A stretch of DNA of 64,000 nucleotides from an uncultured Planctomycetota bacterium (GCA_963849325.1 CAWKHF010000004.1:479619-543618), one strand, 5' to 3'. Numbered from the stretch's first letter, positions 1 to 11,081 are shown. Translations and numbers: made by a program. Notes: generated from the letters alone by a model not told the origin.

Positions 1-3000
1 GCCGGGCAACCCCCAGGCGGCCATTATCAACCAGGGCACGATCACGGCCCAGGAGGCAGGGCTGGTGGGATTGGTGGCGCCCGTGGTGGAAAACGAGGGC
101 GTCATTACGGCCAAGCTGGGCCAAGTGACGTTGGCCTCCGGGGACAGCTTCACGCTGGACATGGCGGGCGACCATCTGATCGAGGTGGCCGTGACCAGCG
201 AGCTGGCACAGCAGTTGGCCAGCAACAGCGGTAAGATCGCGGCCGATGGCGGAACGGTGATGTTGACGGCGGCGGCCGGGCGGCAGCTCGTGGATGGGGT
301 CGTCTCCAACAGCGGGGCTATCGAGGCCAACAGCATCGGGGGGACCAACGGGCATATCGTGCTCTATGCGGAAGGCGGCAACGCGGTCCCGGGTAATGTC
401 GAAGCGGACAAGAGCCAGGTGCGGGGAAGCAGTACGGCCTGGAGCAGCGGCATGCTGTCGGCGTCCGGCTCCGGCAGCGGCGCGAAGGGAGGAACCATCG
501 AGGTGCTGGGCGACCAGGTCGGCCTGCGGAGTGGATCGGTGCTGGACGTAAGCGGCGATGCTGGCGGCGGCACGGTGCGCGTCGGCGGCGATTTCCACGG
601 CCAGGGAACGACGCCCACGGCCCTCGCCACCGTCGTCCAGAATGGCGCTACCATCAACGCCGATGCACGGGGTGCCGGCAACGGCGGCCGTGTCGCCGTC
701 TGGAGCGATAGCGACACCAGCTTCGAGGGATTGATCTCCGCACGCGGCGGCCTTGGCGGCGGCAACGGCGGCTACGTCGAAACGTCGGGCAAGCAGATCC
801 TCAACATGCAGGGGATGGTCGATGCCTCGGCCACCCAAGGCCAAGCCGGTGCCTGGCTCATGGACCCGGCGGACGCGGTGATCGGCAGCTCCGACAGCAA
901 CGAAACAGGGAGCGCCGGCAGCACCTCCTTCACCCCGGACGGCACCGCCGCCACCGCCTTCATCAACGCCGCCGACATCGACGCCTCGCTCAATCACGGC
1001 ACGAGCGTCACCGTCGCCACCGGCGGCGATTCGGCCTCCGGTTCGGGCGGCGGCGCAATCACGGTGGCCAGCGACATCGCCAAGACCGCCGGCTCCGGTG
1101 CCACCCTCACCCTGTCCGCCGCCACCGACATCGTGGTCAACAACAACGTCTCCATCTCCTCCACCAGCGGCAAGCTCAACACCCTCTTCGATGCCAATAC
1201 TGCCGGCAACGGCGGCGCCATCGTCCTGAACCCCGGTGCCACCATCGCCAGCAATGGTGGGGACATCTACCTGGGCGGCGGCACGCTGGACGGTTCCGGC
1301 CATCCCAGCGGGTCGGCCGTCGGCGACGCGGCCAATCCCAGCGGCATCAACCTGAGTTACCCCATCCTCAACTCCGGAAGCGGCAACATCGTCATGAGCG
1401 GCACCGGCTATGCCGGTGCCAGCGGCAATGACTACGGCATCCTCATGAGCGGCTTCGAAGCCAGCCCCGGCGTGTGGACCAGTGGCATCATGCAGACCAC
1501 CACCGGCAACATCACCTTAAACGGCACCGGCGGCAACAGCACGAACTCTAATTACGGCGTCTGGCTGGGTGTTGCCCTCGTTACGACGCAGAACGGGGCG
1601 ATCGCCGTCAACGGTGCCGGCGCGGGCAACGGCTATGCGAATTATGGCATTTACAACTTTGTCAGCTCCGTGCAGGCGACGGGAACGGGTTCGATCACCC
1701 TGAGCGGCACCGCCCCGGCGACGGGAACTTTCCACGGCGTCGGCGTAGATATCGAAGGCACGCTCGGCGGATCTCCGGTGATTTCCTCCGTCAACGGCAA
1801 TATCGCCATCACCGGCACCGGCCAAGGTTGGGCTAACGAGGATAACGCCGGCATCACGCTCTACAATAATCCTTCCAGCACCTATTATCCCAGCATCTAT
1901 ACCACCGGCACGGGCCACATCACCCTCACCGGCATTAGCGGCAACGGCAATCCCGGCATCTATGCGCGGGCGGGCACGGTCCAGATCGGCGGCGGCTCCG
2001 ACAGCGGCAATATCACCCTGAATGCCGATACGCTGAGCCTCGACGATACGGCCACTACCGCCATCCAGACCAGCGGCACCGTCCTCTTCGCGCCTTACAC
2101 CGCCGGCGCCACCATTGGCTTCAGCGGCGGCGCGGGCACCTTGCAGGTGACGCAGGCGATCCTGGATGCGGTGAATGCGCCAACGGTAACGGTGGGCAGT
2201 ACCAGCGCCGGCGCATTGACCACCGGCGCATTCAATTGGGAGCATACGCTCGATAACCTGAACCTGATCGGGGGTAGCGTTGAGGTCGGCGGCAATATCA
2301 CCAAGGGTGTCGATGACGCCAGCGTCGCCAACAGCGCCAGCGGCACGCTGACGGTGCAAAGCAACACGGACATCACGCAGGATTCCAACGCCGCCATCGC
2401 CTCCTCCGGCAGCTACGGCAAGCTCAACACCCTCTTCGATGCCGACGTGGCCGGAGGAGAGGGCGCCATCCTGATGAACACCGGCAGCAGCATCACCACC
2501 AATGGCGGGGACATCTACCTGGGCGGCGGCACCCTTGACGGCTCCGATCATCCAACCGGGGCGGCCGTCGGCGATAACGTCGCATCGGGCATGAGCAGCG
2601 GCGTGTGGCTGTACGGGGCGACGCTCACCGCCGGCGCCGGCAATGTCAGCCTGTACGGCTCCGGCACCACCGGCCCGTTCGGCACTTATGACAACGGCAT
2701 CCTGGTGTGGAATTCCAGCAGCATTTCCACGACGACCGGCAACATCACGCTGAACGGCTTCGGCTCGACTTCTCCCGGACCCGGTGTATGGGGCCATGAC
2801 ATCGGCGTTTTTGTCGATTCCTCCTCGCAGATCTCCACCGTCTCGGGGGCCGTCGGCATCACCGGCACCGGCTATGGCAATATTGAGCTGGATCATGGGG
2901 TGGTGATCTCGGGCGATGTCCTCAGCACTGGCACCGGCAGCGGTGTCGGCAGCATCACCATCAAGGGCACCGGCTCGGCCCATGCCATCGCCAGCAATGG

Positions 3001-4051
3001 CGTGGAGATACTGGCGGGCGCGAACATCACCTCGGTGGACGCCAATATCGCCATTACCGGCACGGCTCCAGGAAACACGGCCGGATCGGATAACAACGGC
3101 ATTAATATCGGCATCGCCAATGATGCCGGCATCCAGAGCAACGCGGGCGGGGCCGTCATCGCCTCAACCGGCAAGGGCAACATCATGCTGACCGCTACCG
3201 GCGGCGGCGATAGCGATATTGGAGATCTGTATTATTTCGGCGGCGCGCCCGGCAATGTCAGCACCATCGGCAATGCCGCGGGAACGGGCACCATCACCTT
3301 CAATGCCGACACGCTGCTCAACCCTCTCGACATCCAGGTGCAAACCGCCGGCCAGGTCGTCTTCCAGCCGCGCACCGCCTCCACCACGGTTGGCGTAGCG
3401 GGAGGGGCTGGCACGCTGCAACTTACCAGCGGCCTCCTCAACAATATCACCGCCGGCGGCATCAGCATCGGCAACACGGCCGATAGCGGCGCGATGAATG
3501 TCGGCGCGTATGCCTGGAATGCGCCCGTAAGCCTGCTCTCGGGCCGCGGCAGCATCGACATCGGCGGCGCTCAGGCGATGGGCGGCAATAGCTTCCTGGC
3601 CGATACCGTCGCGGGCAACATTACCCTGGATAGCGTCGCTTCGATCGCCAGCACGGCCACGGGCAACGCCATCACGCTGGCCGACAGCGGCGGCCATTTC
3701 CTCAACGCTGCCGGCAGCGATGCGCTCTGGGCATCCAAGGGCCGCTGGCTGGTCTATTCGACGACTCCGGCCGGGGACGTTCTGGGCGGATTGAACGGCA
3801 CGTTCCTCCGCTTCTCCTGTAGCTATGGAGGTTCCTGCCCGCGTGTGCCTTCCACGGGCAATGGGCTGCTTTACCGTGCTATGCTTCCCGGCACCGTGAG
3901 CAAAGGTTCCGGTGATCCAGTCCTCGGCCTGCCAGGCTTTCCGGTGCGGTTTCCTCCGGTCGGGCCAATGGACTTCGCCGATCTCATTACGATGGATCAT
4001 CGCATTGCCGCCGACCAGGCGTCACCGTTCCTGCTTGACGCTGGCCAATAG
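1..4051 (+). CDS. Filamentous haemagglutinin-like / two-partner secretion TpsA-type exoprotein (5' end outside window)
   Basis: Frame open from base 2 (PGNPQAAIINQGTIT...LVAPVVENEGVITAKLG); GGTIEVLG, GGTVRVGGDFHG, GGRVAVWSD, GGYVETSGK, AGAWLMDP motifs; Gly/Asn/Thr-rich beta-helix repeats; late GRWLVYS motif. Confidence 0.85.
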   Translation, partial: PGNPQAAIINQGTITAQEAGLVGLVAPVVENEGVITAKLGQVTLASGDSFTLDMAGDHLIEVAVTSELAQQLASNSGKIAADGGTVMLTAAAGRQLVDGVVSNSGAIEANSIGGTNGHIVLYAEGGNAVPGNVEADKSQVRGSSTAWSSGMLSASGSGSGAKGGTIEVLGDQVGLRSGSVLDVSGDAGGGTVRVGGDFHGQGTTPTALATVVQNGATINADARGAGNGGRVAVWSDSDTSFEGLISARGGLGGGNGGYVETSGKQILNMQGMVDASATQGQAGAWLMDPADAVIGSSDSNETGSAGSTSFTPDGTAATAFINAADIDASLNHGTSVTVATGGDSASGSGGGAITVASDIAKTAGSGATLTLSAATDIVVNNNVSISSTSGKLNTLFDANTAGNGGAIVLNPGATIASNGGDIYLGGGTLDGSGHPSGSAVGDAANPSGINLSYPILNSGSGNIVMSGTGYAGASGNDYGILMSGFEASPGVWTSGIMQTTTGNITLNGTGGNSTNSNYGVWLGVALVTTQNGAIAVNGAGAGNGYANYGIYNFVSSVQATGTGSITLSGTAPATGTFHGVGVDIEGTLGGSPVISSVNGNIAITGTGQGWANEDNAGITLYNNPSSTYYPSIYTTGTGHITLTGISGNGNPGIYARAGTVQIGGGSDSGNITLNADTLSLDDTATTAIQTSGTVLFAPYTAGATIGFSGGAGTLQVTQAILDAVNAPTVTVGSTSAGALTTGAFNWEHTLDNLNLIGGSVEVGGNITKGVDDASVANSASGTLTVQSNTDITQDSNAAIASSGSYGKLNTLFDADVAGGEGAILMNTGSSITTNGGDIYLGGGTLDGSDHPTGAAVGDNVASGMSSGVWLYGATLTAGAGNVSLYGSGTTGPFGTYDNGILVWNSSSISTTTGNITLNGFGSTSPGPGVWGHDIGVFVDSSSQISTVSGAVGITGTGYGNIELDHGVVISGDVLSTGTGSGVGSITIKGTGSAHAIASNGVEILAGANITSVDANIAITGTAPGNTAGSDNNGINIGIANDAGIQSNAGGAVIASTGKGNIMLTATGGGDSDIGDLYYFGGAPGNVSTIGNAAGTGTITFNADTLLNPLDIQVQTAGQVVFQPRTASTTVGVAGGAGTLQLTSGLLNNITAGGISIGNTADSGAMNVGAYAWNAPVSLLSGRGSIDIGGAQAMGGNSFLADTVAGNITLDSVASIASTATGNAITLADSGGHFLNAAGSDALWASKGRWLVYSTTPAGDVLGGLNGTFLRFSCSYGGSCPRVPSTGNGLLYRAMLPGTVSKGSGDPVLGLPGFPVRFPPVGPMDFADLITMDHRIAADQASPFLLDAGQ

Positions 4052-4093
4052 TCGTACCTCCGGTCAAAAGATGTCTGCGGACGACGGAAGGTG

Positions 4094-4154
4094 TACCTTT
4101 TGTCGGAGTTCATCAATCGGCAGTCCTGCTTCACTTTATTGGTGACAAAAGGTA
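4094..4154. promoter_or_regulatory. Candidate res site / resolvase operator
   Basis: Perfect 11-bp inverted repeat TACCTTTTGTC (4094-4104) / GACAAAAGGTA (4144-4154) directly upstream of the resolvase. Confidence 0.5.
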
Positions 4155-4155
4155 G

Positions 4156-5277
4156 GTGACAGAATATCCTCGCCGGATGGATGGCCAGACCGTCAACGTC
4201 GTAGGGTACGCCCGCATTTCTTCCGCCGATCAATCCGAAGACGGTCAGGCCGACGCGCTTCGCCGTGCCGGGGCGTCCCGGGTCGTCGTGGAGAAAGCAT
4301 CCGGGGTCGCCGAGCGTCCGCTGCTGGATGAGTTGCTCTCGGGCCTGCGGTTCGGTGACGCTCTGGCGGTCACGGAAGTCAGCCGGCTCGGCCGCACGGT
4401 GCATGCAATCCTGCTGCTCGCCGATGATCTGCGACGGCGTGGCGTGCATCTCCGCATTCTGAACCTCGGCATCGACACTGGGACGCCAGCCGGCGAGCTG
4501 GTGCTCACGCTGATGGCCGGCCTCGCCAAGTTTGAGCGCGATCTGCTGCGGGAGCGGCAGAGGCGGGGCATCGACGCCGCCCGCAAAAGAGGGAAACACC
4601 TCGGTCGTCCGCCGGCCCTGACGGCCGACCATGCGGAGACAGCGATTAGCCGGCTTCAGACAGAAAGCCTGGCGGTCATCGCCAGCGAATGGCGGGTTTC
4701 AGAGCGGACGCTTTCCCGCCTGGTGAAGAAGCATGCCGGGGACAGACCCTTGCCGCTCGCGCCCGGCGGAAAAGGGAAGGCGAAGCGGCGGGGACGGATT
4801 AACCAGACTGGAGTAATACCGATGGACAACTTGCTTACCATTTCTTTGGAAGCCCAAAACCCCGACCGAAACCATCATCGACGCTACGAAATCCGGCTCG
4901 GCCGCGATCTCTTCGGCCAGTGGACGGTTGGTCTGCTCTACGGCCGCGTGGGGCGAGCGGGCCAGATGGTGCGTCATTCCGGTCCCGACCCAAAACGGCT
5001 CCGGCAGGTCATCCACGAAAGTCTGCGTCGCCGGCTCTCCGCACCCAAGCGGATCGGCTGCCCGTACCAGTTGATCGGGTGGAGCGCGGCTGCGGATATC
5101 GACATCGGCTTCTGGCTTCCGGCGGACACCCTGGCGGCGTTCGTCCCACCGACCGCCGTCCACAGCAGCGGGGACTCGCATGACGAGTGCCGATCAGGGT
5201 CTGCGAGTTCGCCGGTTTCGGGGCGGTCACGCCGGACTTTCCCCACAGGCACAGCTCGCCTGGCTCCCCGCGGATAA
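4156..5277 (+). CDS. Small serine resolvase/invertase continuing in frame into a WGR-like domain
   Basis: GYARISS catalytic motif, SRLGR, FERDLLRERQRRG, GRPP plus HTH; then GGAG and ATG at 4822 start MDNLL...RRYEIRLGRDLFGQWTVGLLYGRVG. Confidence 0.85.
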   Translation: MTEYPRRMDGQTVNVVGYARISSADQSEDGQADALRRAGASRVVVEKASGVAERPLLDELLSGLRFGDALAVTEVSRLGRTVHAILLLADDLRRRGVHLRILNLGIDTGTPAGELVLTLMAGLAKFERDLLRERQRRGIDAARKRGKHLGRPPALTADHAETAISRLQTESLAVIASEWRVSERTLSRLVKKHAGDRPLPLAPGGKGKAKRRGRINQTGVIPMDNLLTISLEAQNPDRNHHRRYEIRLGRDLFGQWTVGLLYGRVGRAGQMVRHSGPDPKRLRQVIHESLRRRLSAPKRIGCPYQLIGWSAAADIDIGFWLPADTLAAFVPPTAVHSSGDSHDECRSGSASSPVSGRSRRTFPTGTARLAPRG

Positions 5278-5847
5278 GCGGTTCCGGTCCGCACCCGGCC
5301 GGAATCTCGGATAGCTGTCTGTTCAAAAAGCACCTTCCCAAGGGGGAGATACAATCACGCCCCTCCGGCTTTCTTGGCACCAGTCCGAGGCATCGCGAAC
5401 GCCTTTGGCCATCCCGAAGTGATCCCAGCCTACCGAATCCGGGGCCAAGGCACCCCCCTCTCGGCGTTTCCCATGAGTCTTTCGCCGCTACGCCCGTTTC
5501 TGGGGCGGAAAAAGACCCCGAAGGGGGTCAAAGTGCCAAAAAACGTCCAAGAAGAGGCGATTTTGGCTCTTTTTCGGCGTGCTGGACGGCCTGGGCTTGG
5601 CCGAGCCGCGGGAAAAACGTTATTGGCTACCGCTAAGCTCACTGGTAAGGCCGCTCGGACAATCGCCTCGACACATCCTCGGTGGCAAGCACCTCACGCG
5701 GCCCACGTTCTAAGTCACTGTGCCGCGAGGATTTTCGGGCGGTTTCTCTGCGGCCATTCCTGGACACGCCTTGTTTTTCCGGCTTCCGGCTCTGGGGAGA
5801 TTTGGCCCGTCCCGCGTAAAGTGAAGCAGAGACGAAAGGAGAAGACG

Positions 5848-7182
5848 ATGGCTAGAATCAGGCGACCGGTGGATTCAGCGAAGGAGAATCCCATGCCACC
5901 TGTCCGGCCGCCAAAGGAACCCGATCCGAGGGCCATCAAGCAATGGATGAAGGACTTCCAAGGTCCGGACGAGAAAGCCAGCCAGCGCCTTCGAGATGCT
6001 TGTCAAGCTCGGCTCGCCTATAGGCGAGTTACTCGCCTCGTCGGAATGCGACCCCCACGGGCGTGGCTGGTACAGCTACGGTGATCTGGCGGCAGTGATC
6101 CATGAAGCTGGCATGTCCGATGCCAAGGTCTTCGCTGGCCTGGCGCAGGCAGTTGTGGGCAAAGACAGTTCGGTTCGGCTGGCGGCCATGCAGGTATGCA
6201 CACAAATCACCCCTCCTCACCAAGTTGTTCTGGATGCACTGGTCGAAGCGCTGGGCGACCGCAATGATTCCGTTCGCCGCGAGGCCGCTCGCGCCTTGGG
6301 TGAGCTGCGGGTCGCCGCGCCCTCGGTCCTCAAAGGGCTGGCTGGTGCCCTACGAGATCCCGTCCCTGCCGTCGTTGGTGAAGTGATGAGTGCGTTAGGC
6401 GACATTGTGCGCCCTCCCCGGAGGTGTTAGCGGGCTTGGTGCATCGCCTGGGTGATGTCAACTCGCCCTTTTGTGGCTGGGCACTTCTCGCGCTACAGAA
6501 GATTGGTGCCTTTGACCAGGCGGTGCATGATGCCGTTCGCCAGGTGGCCACCAGTACCTTCTCCTTTCCCGGCGAGCCTCCCAGCGGGTACGGCGACGAC
6601 TACGGGTACTGGTGGGAGAGCTATCACCATGCTGAGCGGCGCCATAAAGAGAACCGCCAACAGGCCGCGAAGCTACTGATGGAGATTTCGATGGGTCCAA
6701 TCGTGCAGGAGGCTATCGAATCAGGGCGGCAACCCATTCTCAGCGAGGAGGACCAGCGAATCCTTATGTGGTTCCAAGACGTGGACCTGACAGAATACCT
6801 GACACCGCTCCAGGTTTATTGGTGCATTGGGCAGGCGGATCGGGATGCCATCGAGTCAGAGGGTCGAGCCATAGGATATGGCAAGCTTGAGAGGAGATTG
6901 AAGCAACTTCAACCGACCTTTGCCCAAGTTCGGCTGTTTATCAGCAACGGCTACATCCGTGACAGCTGTCTCGGCGTGGTTTATGCGCTGCTGGACAAGG
7001 AGCCGTTCTACTCCAACGCCTGGACGGACGAGGAACGCAGAATGGAGTTTCGGGCTCCGTACCCGAGTGGTGGGCGCGGGGGGGGCCGGTGGACGCGCAG
7101 GGCGCGGAAAGCATTCCATTATGTGGATCGGTTCCTTTCCATCATGAAGTACCTGCCACAGATCACCGTCACCCAGGGGTAA
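5848..7182 (+). CDS. HEAT-repeat protein, split by two frameshifts
   Basis: LVEALGDRNDSVRREAARALG and LAGALRDPVPAV HEAT-type repeats across ORFs 5374-6084, 5996-6430 and 6424-7182; AAGGAG before 5848. Confidence 0.6.
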
Positions 7183-7255
7183 CACGGAAACTGCTTGACA
7201 ATGGCGCCGTAATCCAGGCATGGTGGAACTCGTCGATCATCATTTCTTTTCTGCC

Positions 7256-7766
7256 GATGGAACTGATACCCGAGGACAAGAGGCGATACCTGGAGAAGAG
7301 CGAAGCAGCACACGAGCGCTTTCGAGCTGAGCATGAGTATATTGACCTGGAGGTTATCGAGTTCCCGAGTGATGCGCTTAGTGTAAAGCGGTTGCGCGAG
7401 ACCTTCCCTGCTGAATTCTTCGACAGGGGGTTTATCAGCGATGGTTGGAACTTTTTCGGCTCCTTCTTCCTCCCCCTCGGGGACGAGAAACCCCTTCACC
7501 TGCTGCAATTGCACAACCTCCTTTCGGCGGAACGGGCGGTGGCTGAGTATGCCTATTTGAGCGTGTTCGACCCCTATCCGAGCGAAACCTGCGACGACGA
7601 AATCCGCGAGTACGACCTCGAAGCCAGGAAGCATCTGGAGGAGCTTTACGTGGATTTCAGGCTGGCCGACAGCCCCGAAACCGCCCGGTTTCTCATCCGA
7701 CACATCGAGGAGCAAGGCGCACAGCAGGCAAAGGCTCACAAGAGCCGCGAGAGCCGGGGCAGGTAG
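7256..7766 (+). CDS. Hypothetical protein
   Basis: Acidic/aromatic globular composition MELIPEDKRRYLEK...; start uncertain. Confidence 0.55.
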
Positions 7767-8001
7767 CCTGGATCGCGCGCGGCGCACCATCGACAATCCC
7801 AAGAAGGCTGCCATTAATTCATGCGGATGGAGCGACAGCCCCGGTCGCCGGTGCGAGGGGGCAGCTTCTTCGCAGGAAGCGCCCTGGATGGAAGGGGACG
7901 CCACACCGCAACCCCACCTTCCTTTAGCGGCGGAAAAGTCTCTCCGACACTCCTGATGCGGCAGAAAAGCGATCGAAAATCGCCCCGTGGAGGGTACGTA
8001 C

Positions 8002-8793
8002 ATGGCTGGCTGGCAGATGAAGCAGATGAGGCCCAAGGACATCGTGGTCAACCCGCAGGTCCGCAAGGCTTCCGATCCCCAAGCGCAGGAGGAACTCAAC
8101 GCCTCGGTGAAGGCATGGGGCATTCTCCAGCCCTTGCTCGTGATGGCGTCCGGCGTTCTCCTGGCGGGGCATCGCCGTCTTCTCGCGGCCCTGGCCGCAG
8201 GACTGGAAACCGTTCCCGTCATTGTCACGGATCGCCTGCTTTCGGACAGCGAAGTTCGCGTGATCCAGCTCACCGAGAACATTCATCGGGCCGACCTGAC
8301 CGGCTACGAGAAGTGGCTCGGCTGTGCGGAGCTGATGTCCATGAACCCGCACTGGCAGCTCAAGGACCTGGCGGCACACCTGCACTTCGACCCCTCGATG
8401 GTGACGCGGCTGCTCAGCCCGTCGAAGTGCATCCCAGCCTGGCAGGAGGCCCTGAAGGCGGGCAAGGTCGGCATCTCCGACTGCTACGCCGCCTCGAAGC
8501 TGGAGGAGAAGGAACAGGCCGAGCTGCTGGCGCTGAAGCTCAGTGGTGCCAGCCGCGACGCCATCGAGCAGGCGGGCCGGAGGAATCGCACCAAGGCTAC
8601 CCCCGCAGTCCGGCTGTCGCGCGTGAAGATCGCCATGCCGCAGGGGGCGAGCGTCGTCGTCAGCAGAAACAACCTGAGCATGGCCGACGTGGTGGAGCTG
8701 CTCGCAGAAACGCTCAAAGAGGCCCGCAAGGCCGCCGAGCAGTACGACGTGAAAACCTTTCAAAGCATGATGAAGGACAAGGCGAAGGGCTGA
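8002..8793 (+). CDS. ParB/RepB/Spo0J family protein
   Basis: GILQPLLV, LLAGHRRLLAA, ENIHRADL motifs plus HTH; GGAGG at 7989. Confidence 0.9.
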   Translation: MAGWQMKQMRPKDIVVNPQVRKASDPQAQEELNASVKAWGILQPLLVMASGVLLAGHRRLLAALAAGLETVPVIVTDRLLSDSEVRVIQLTENIHRADLTGYEKWLGCAELMSMNPHWQLKDLAAHLHFDPSMVTRLLSPSKCIPAWQEALKAGKVGISDCYAASKLEEKEQAELLALKLSGASRDAIEQAGRRNRTKATPAVRLSRVKIAMPQGASVVVSRNNLSMADVVELLAETLKEARKAAEQYDVKTFQSMMKDKAKG

Positions 8794-8795
8794 AC

Positions 8796-9149
8796 ATGGA
8801 CAGGAACAAACTCATCTGCGCTCATTTCGACGCCTACAGCGACCTTGCGTGGGTGACGAATGTGGAACCCAAGTACAAGGCAGCGCTCTGGGATGCGAGG
8901 GAGATCGAGCTATTTCGGCAGGCGTGGCAGGCAGACAGAGAGGCCAGGGATTGGGACAGGTGGCAGGAGAGGGTGAAAGGCATGACCGACGCTGAGTTGC
9001 AGCGTGATATTGCCGAATGTCACACCCAGATCGACGCCTTCCGCAAGGGATTGACAACCGACCGTGAACGCTTCCGGCGGATCATGGAAAGCAAAGACGA
9101 CAGGCCGTCGGCACAGCAAGAGGTCAAAGACCGGGGAAGGGAGATTTGA
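8796..9149 (+). CDS. Hypothetical mobile-element protein
   Basis: Starts 2 nt after the ParB stop; ends KDRGREI. Confidence 0.65.
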   Translation: MDRNKLICAHFDAYSDLAWVTNVEPKYKAALWDAREIELFRQAWQADREARDWDRWQERVKGMTDAELQRDIAECHTQIDAFRKGLTTDRERFRRIMESKDDRPSAQQEVKDRGREI

Positions 9150-9349
9150 TGGCGATCAACCCGCGCCTGCAACACGAGACGGCTTTTGCCCTGGCCACCG
9201 CCTTGCTCGACCTCGTGCGCAACTGCATCCGTGAAGAGGAACGGCGGGATGCGTTCGCGGCGTTTTACGAAGCGTGCCGGGCCGGGATCGAGGCCCATGA
9301 CGTTCGGCGACAAAGAATGCAGACACGACTGCACCCCTTTAACAACTGA
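9149..9349 (+). CDS. Small hypothetical protein
   Basis: TGATG stop/start overlap with the upstream gene; 66 aa helical. Confidence 0.6.
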   Translation: MAINPRLQHETAFALATALLDLVRNCIREEERRDAFAAFYEACRAGIEAHDVRRQRMQTRLHPFNN

Positions 9350-9362
9350 AACGGAGGAAACC

Positions 9363-11081
9363 ATGTACAAGGCTCTGCGTTGTCTCCTGATTCTCACCGT
9401 GCTGCTCCTGGCGTACCTGGCCGTCCTGGTGCTTTACCAGGTGCCCTACGCCTGGCTTCTGGCCGCCGGCATCGGCGTCGTACTGCTGTACCGGAAGACC
9501 TACCGCTACACCGCCTATGGCACCGCCCGCTGGGCGGACGCCACCGACATCTCGCACCTGCTCGAAGGCAACGGCCTGATCCTCGGCCACATCCAGGGCA
9601 AGCCGGACAAATCGCGCGGCACCCTGGCGCTGTTCGACCGGAACCTTCCGGCGCGGGCCGCCTGCCAGAAGTTCCTGATGGCGTTCCAGCGGAAGCCGCC
9701 CAAGTTCCTGGTCCGGCTGACCAAGGCCGTTCACACCGCGATCTTCGCGCCGACGGGCGTGGGCAAGGGCGTATCGTGCGTCATCCCGTTCCTGAAGACG
9801 TGCCCCGACAGTTGCGTGGTCGTGGACTTTAAGGGCGAGAACTACCTGGAAACGGCCGCGGATCGTCGGCGGATAGGGCACAAAGTCGTCCTTCTCGATC
9901 CGTACCGGATCGTCACTCACGAGCCGGACACTTTCAACCCGCTTCAGTTTATCGACCGGGAATCGCCTACCGCCATTGACGAGTGCCGCGACCTGGCCGA
10001 GGCGCTCGTGGTCCGGACGGGTCAGGAGAAGGACCCGCACTGGAACGACTCGGCGGAGGTTTGGATTTCGGCCATGACGGCGGGTGTTGTGGCCTTCGCC
10101 TACGACGCCGACAAGTCGCTGCAATCGGTTCGGAGAGTGCTCACCGATCCGCAGCGGATGGAAGCGGTCATCAAGCTGTTGTGCGAATCGGACGTATGGG
10201 ACGGGATGCTCGCCCGCCTCGGCGGCCAGCTGACGAATTTCAAGGACAAGGAGCTGTCCTCGACGCTCACGACCACGAACCGCTTTATGCGGTTTTTGGA
10301 CACCATCGCGGTCGCGGAGAGCACCAGGCAGAGCAGCTTTAACCCGGCCGACCTGCTCACCGGCAAGATGACCGTGTACCTGGTCCTGCCGCCCGAACAC
10401 ATGCGGGCACAGTCGCCGCTCTTGCGGCTGTGGATCGGCTCTCTCCTCCGCGCCGTGGTCCAGGGCGGCTTGCAGGAGAAGACCAAGGTGCATTTCGTCC
10501 TCGACGAGGCGGCCTCCCTCGGCCACATGGAGGCCCTCGACGACGCGGTGGACAAGTTCCGCGGCTACGGGGTGCGGCTCCAGCTTTACTACCAGTCCAT
10601 CGGGCAGCTCCAGAAGTGCTGGCCGGATGGGGGCGCCACGACCCTGCTTTCCAACACCACGCAAGTGTTCTTCGGCGTCAACGACCCGCAGACCGCGGGG
10701 TACGTTTCGTCCCGGCTCGGCGAGGAGACGATCATCGTGGAGAGCGGAGGGACCAGTTCGAGCACCACCCGGCAAGCCTCCCAGCAGGGAAGCGGCAACA
10801 CCAGCCATTCCACCAGCACCAACGAAAACTGGCAGCAGATCGGCCGGAAGCTGCTCAAGCCGGAAGAGGTCGAAGCGCTTGATCCGCGGGTGGCGATCAC
10901 GTTCGCTCCCGGCACGCCGCCCATCTGGACCTGGCTGGTCCGGTACTACGAACACGATTTCGGCCGGCCGCAGGGCTTGGGGCCGGTGAAGGCCGCCTTT
11001 GACGCGGCGTGCCTGTTCCTGGCGGCCGGCCTGCTCTCCGTCTGGTGGACGGCGGCGCTGTTCTACCACACCTTCCAGTGA
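9363..11081 (+). CDS. virD4: Type IV secretion coupling protein, VirD4/TraG family
   Basis: Two N-terminal TM segments, YGTARWA, Walker A APTGVGKG, DFKGEN, Walker B FVLDEAASLG, QSIGQL, RKLLKPEEV; GGAGG RBS. Confidence 0.92.
   Translation: MYKALRCLLILTVLLLAYLAVLVLYQVPYAWLLAAGIGVVLLYRKTYRYTAYGTARWADATDISHLLEGNGLILGHIQGKPDKSRGTLALFDRNLPARAACQKFLMAFQRKPPKFLVRLTKAVHTAIFAPTGVGKGVSCVIPFLKTCPDSCVVVDFKGENYLETAADRRRIGHKVVLLDPYRIVTHEPDTFNPLQFIDRESPTAIDECRDLAEALVVRTGQEKDPHWNDSAEVWISAMTAGVVAFAYDADKSLQSVRRVLTDPQRMEAVIKLLCESDVWDGMLARLGGQLTNFKDKELSSTLTTTNRFMRFLDTIAVAESTRQSSFNPADLLTGKMTVYLVLPPEHMRAQSPLLRLWIGSLLRAVVQGGLQEKTKVHFVLDEAASLGHMEALDDAVDKFRGYGVRLQLYYQSIGQLQKCWPDGGATTLLSNTTQVFFGVNDPQTAGYVSSRLGEETIIVESGGTSSSTTRQASQQGSGNTSHSTSTNENWQQIGRKLLKPEEVEALDPRVAITFAPGTPPIWTWLVRYYEHDFGRPQGLGPVKAAFDAACLFLAAGLLSVWWTAALFYHTFQ

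Noticed and set aside
9339-11069. Long antisense ORFs (also 12650-14011, 18090-19595, 33141-35243, 1517-2983)
   Set aside because: Shadows of high-GC3 genes on the opposite strand with no motifs
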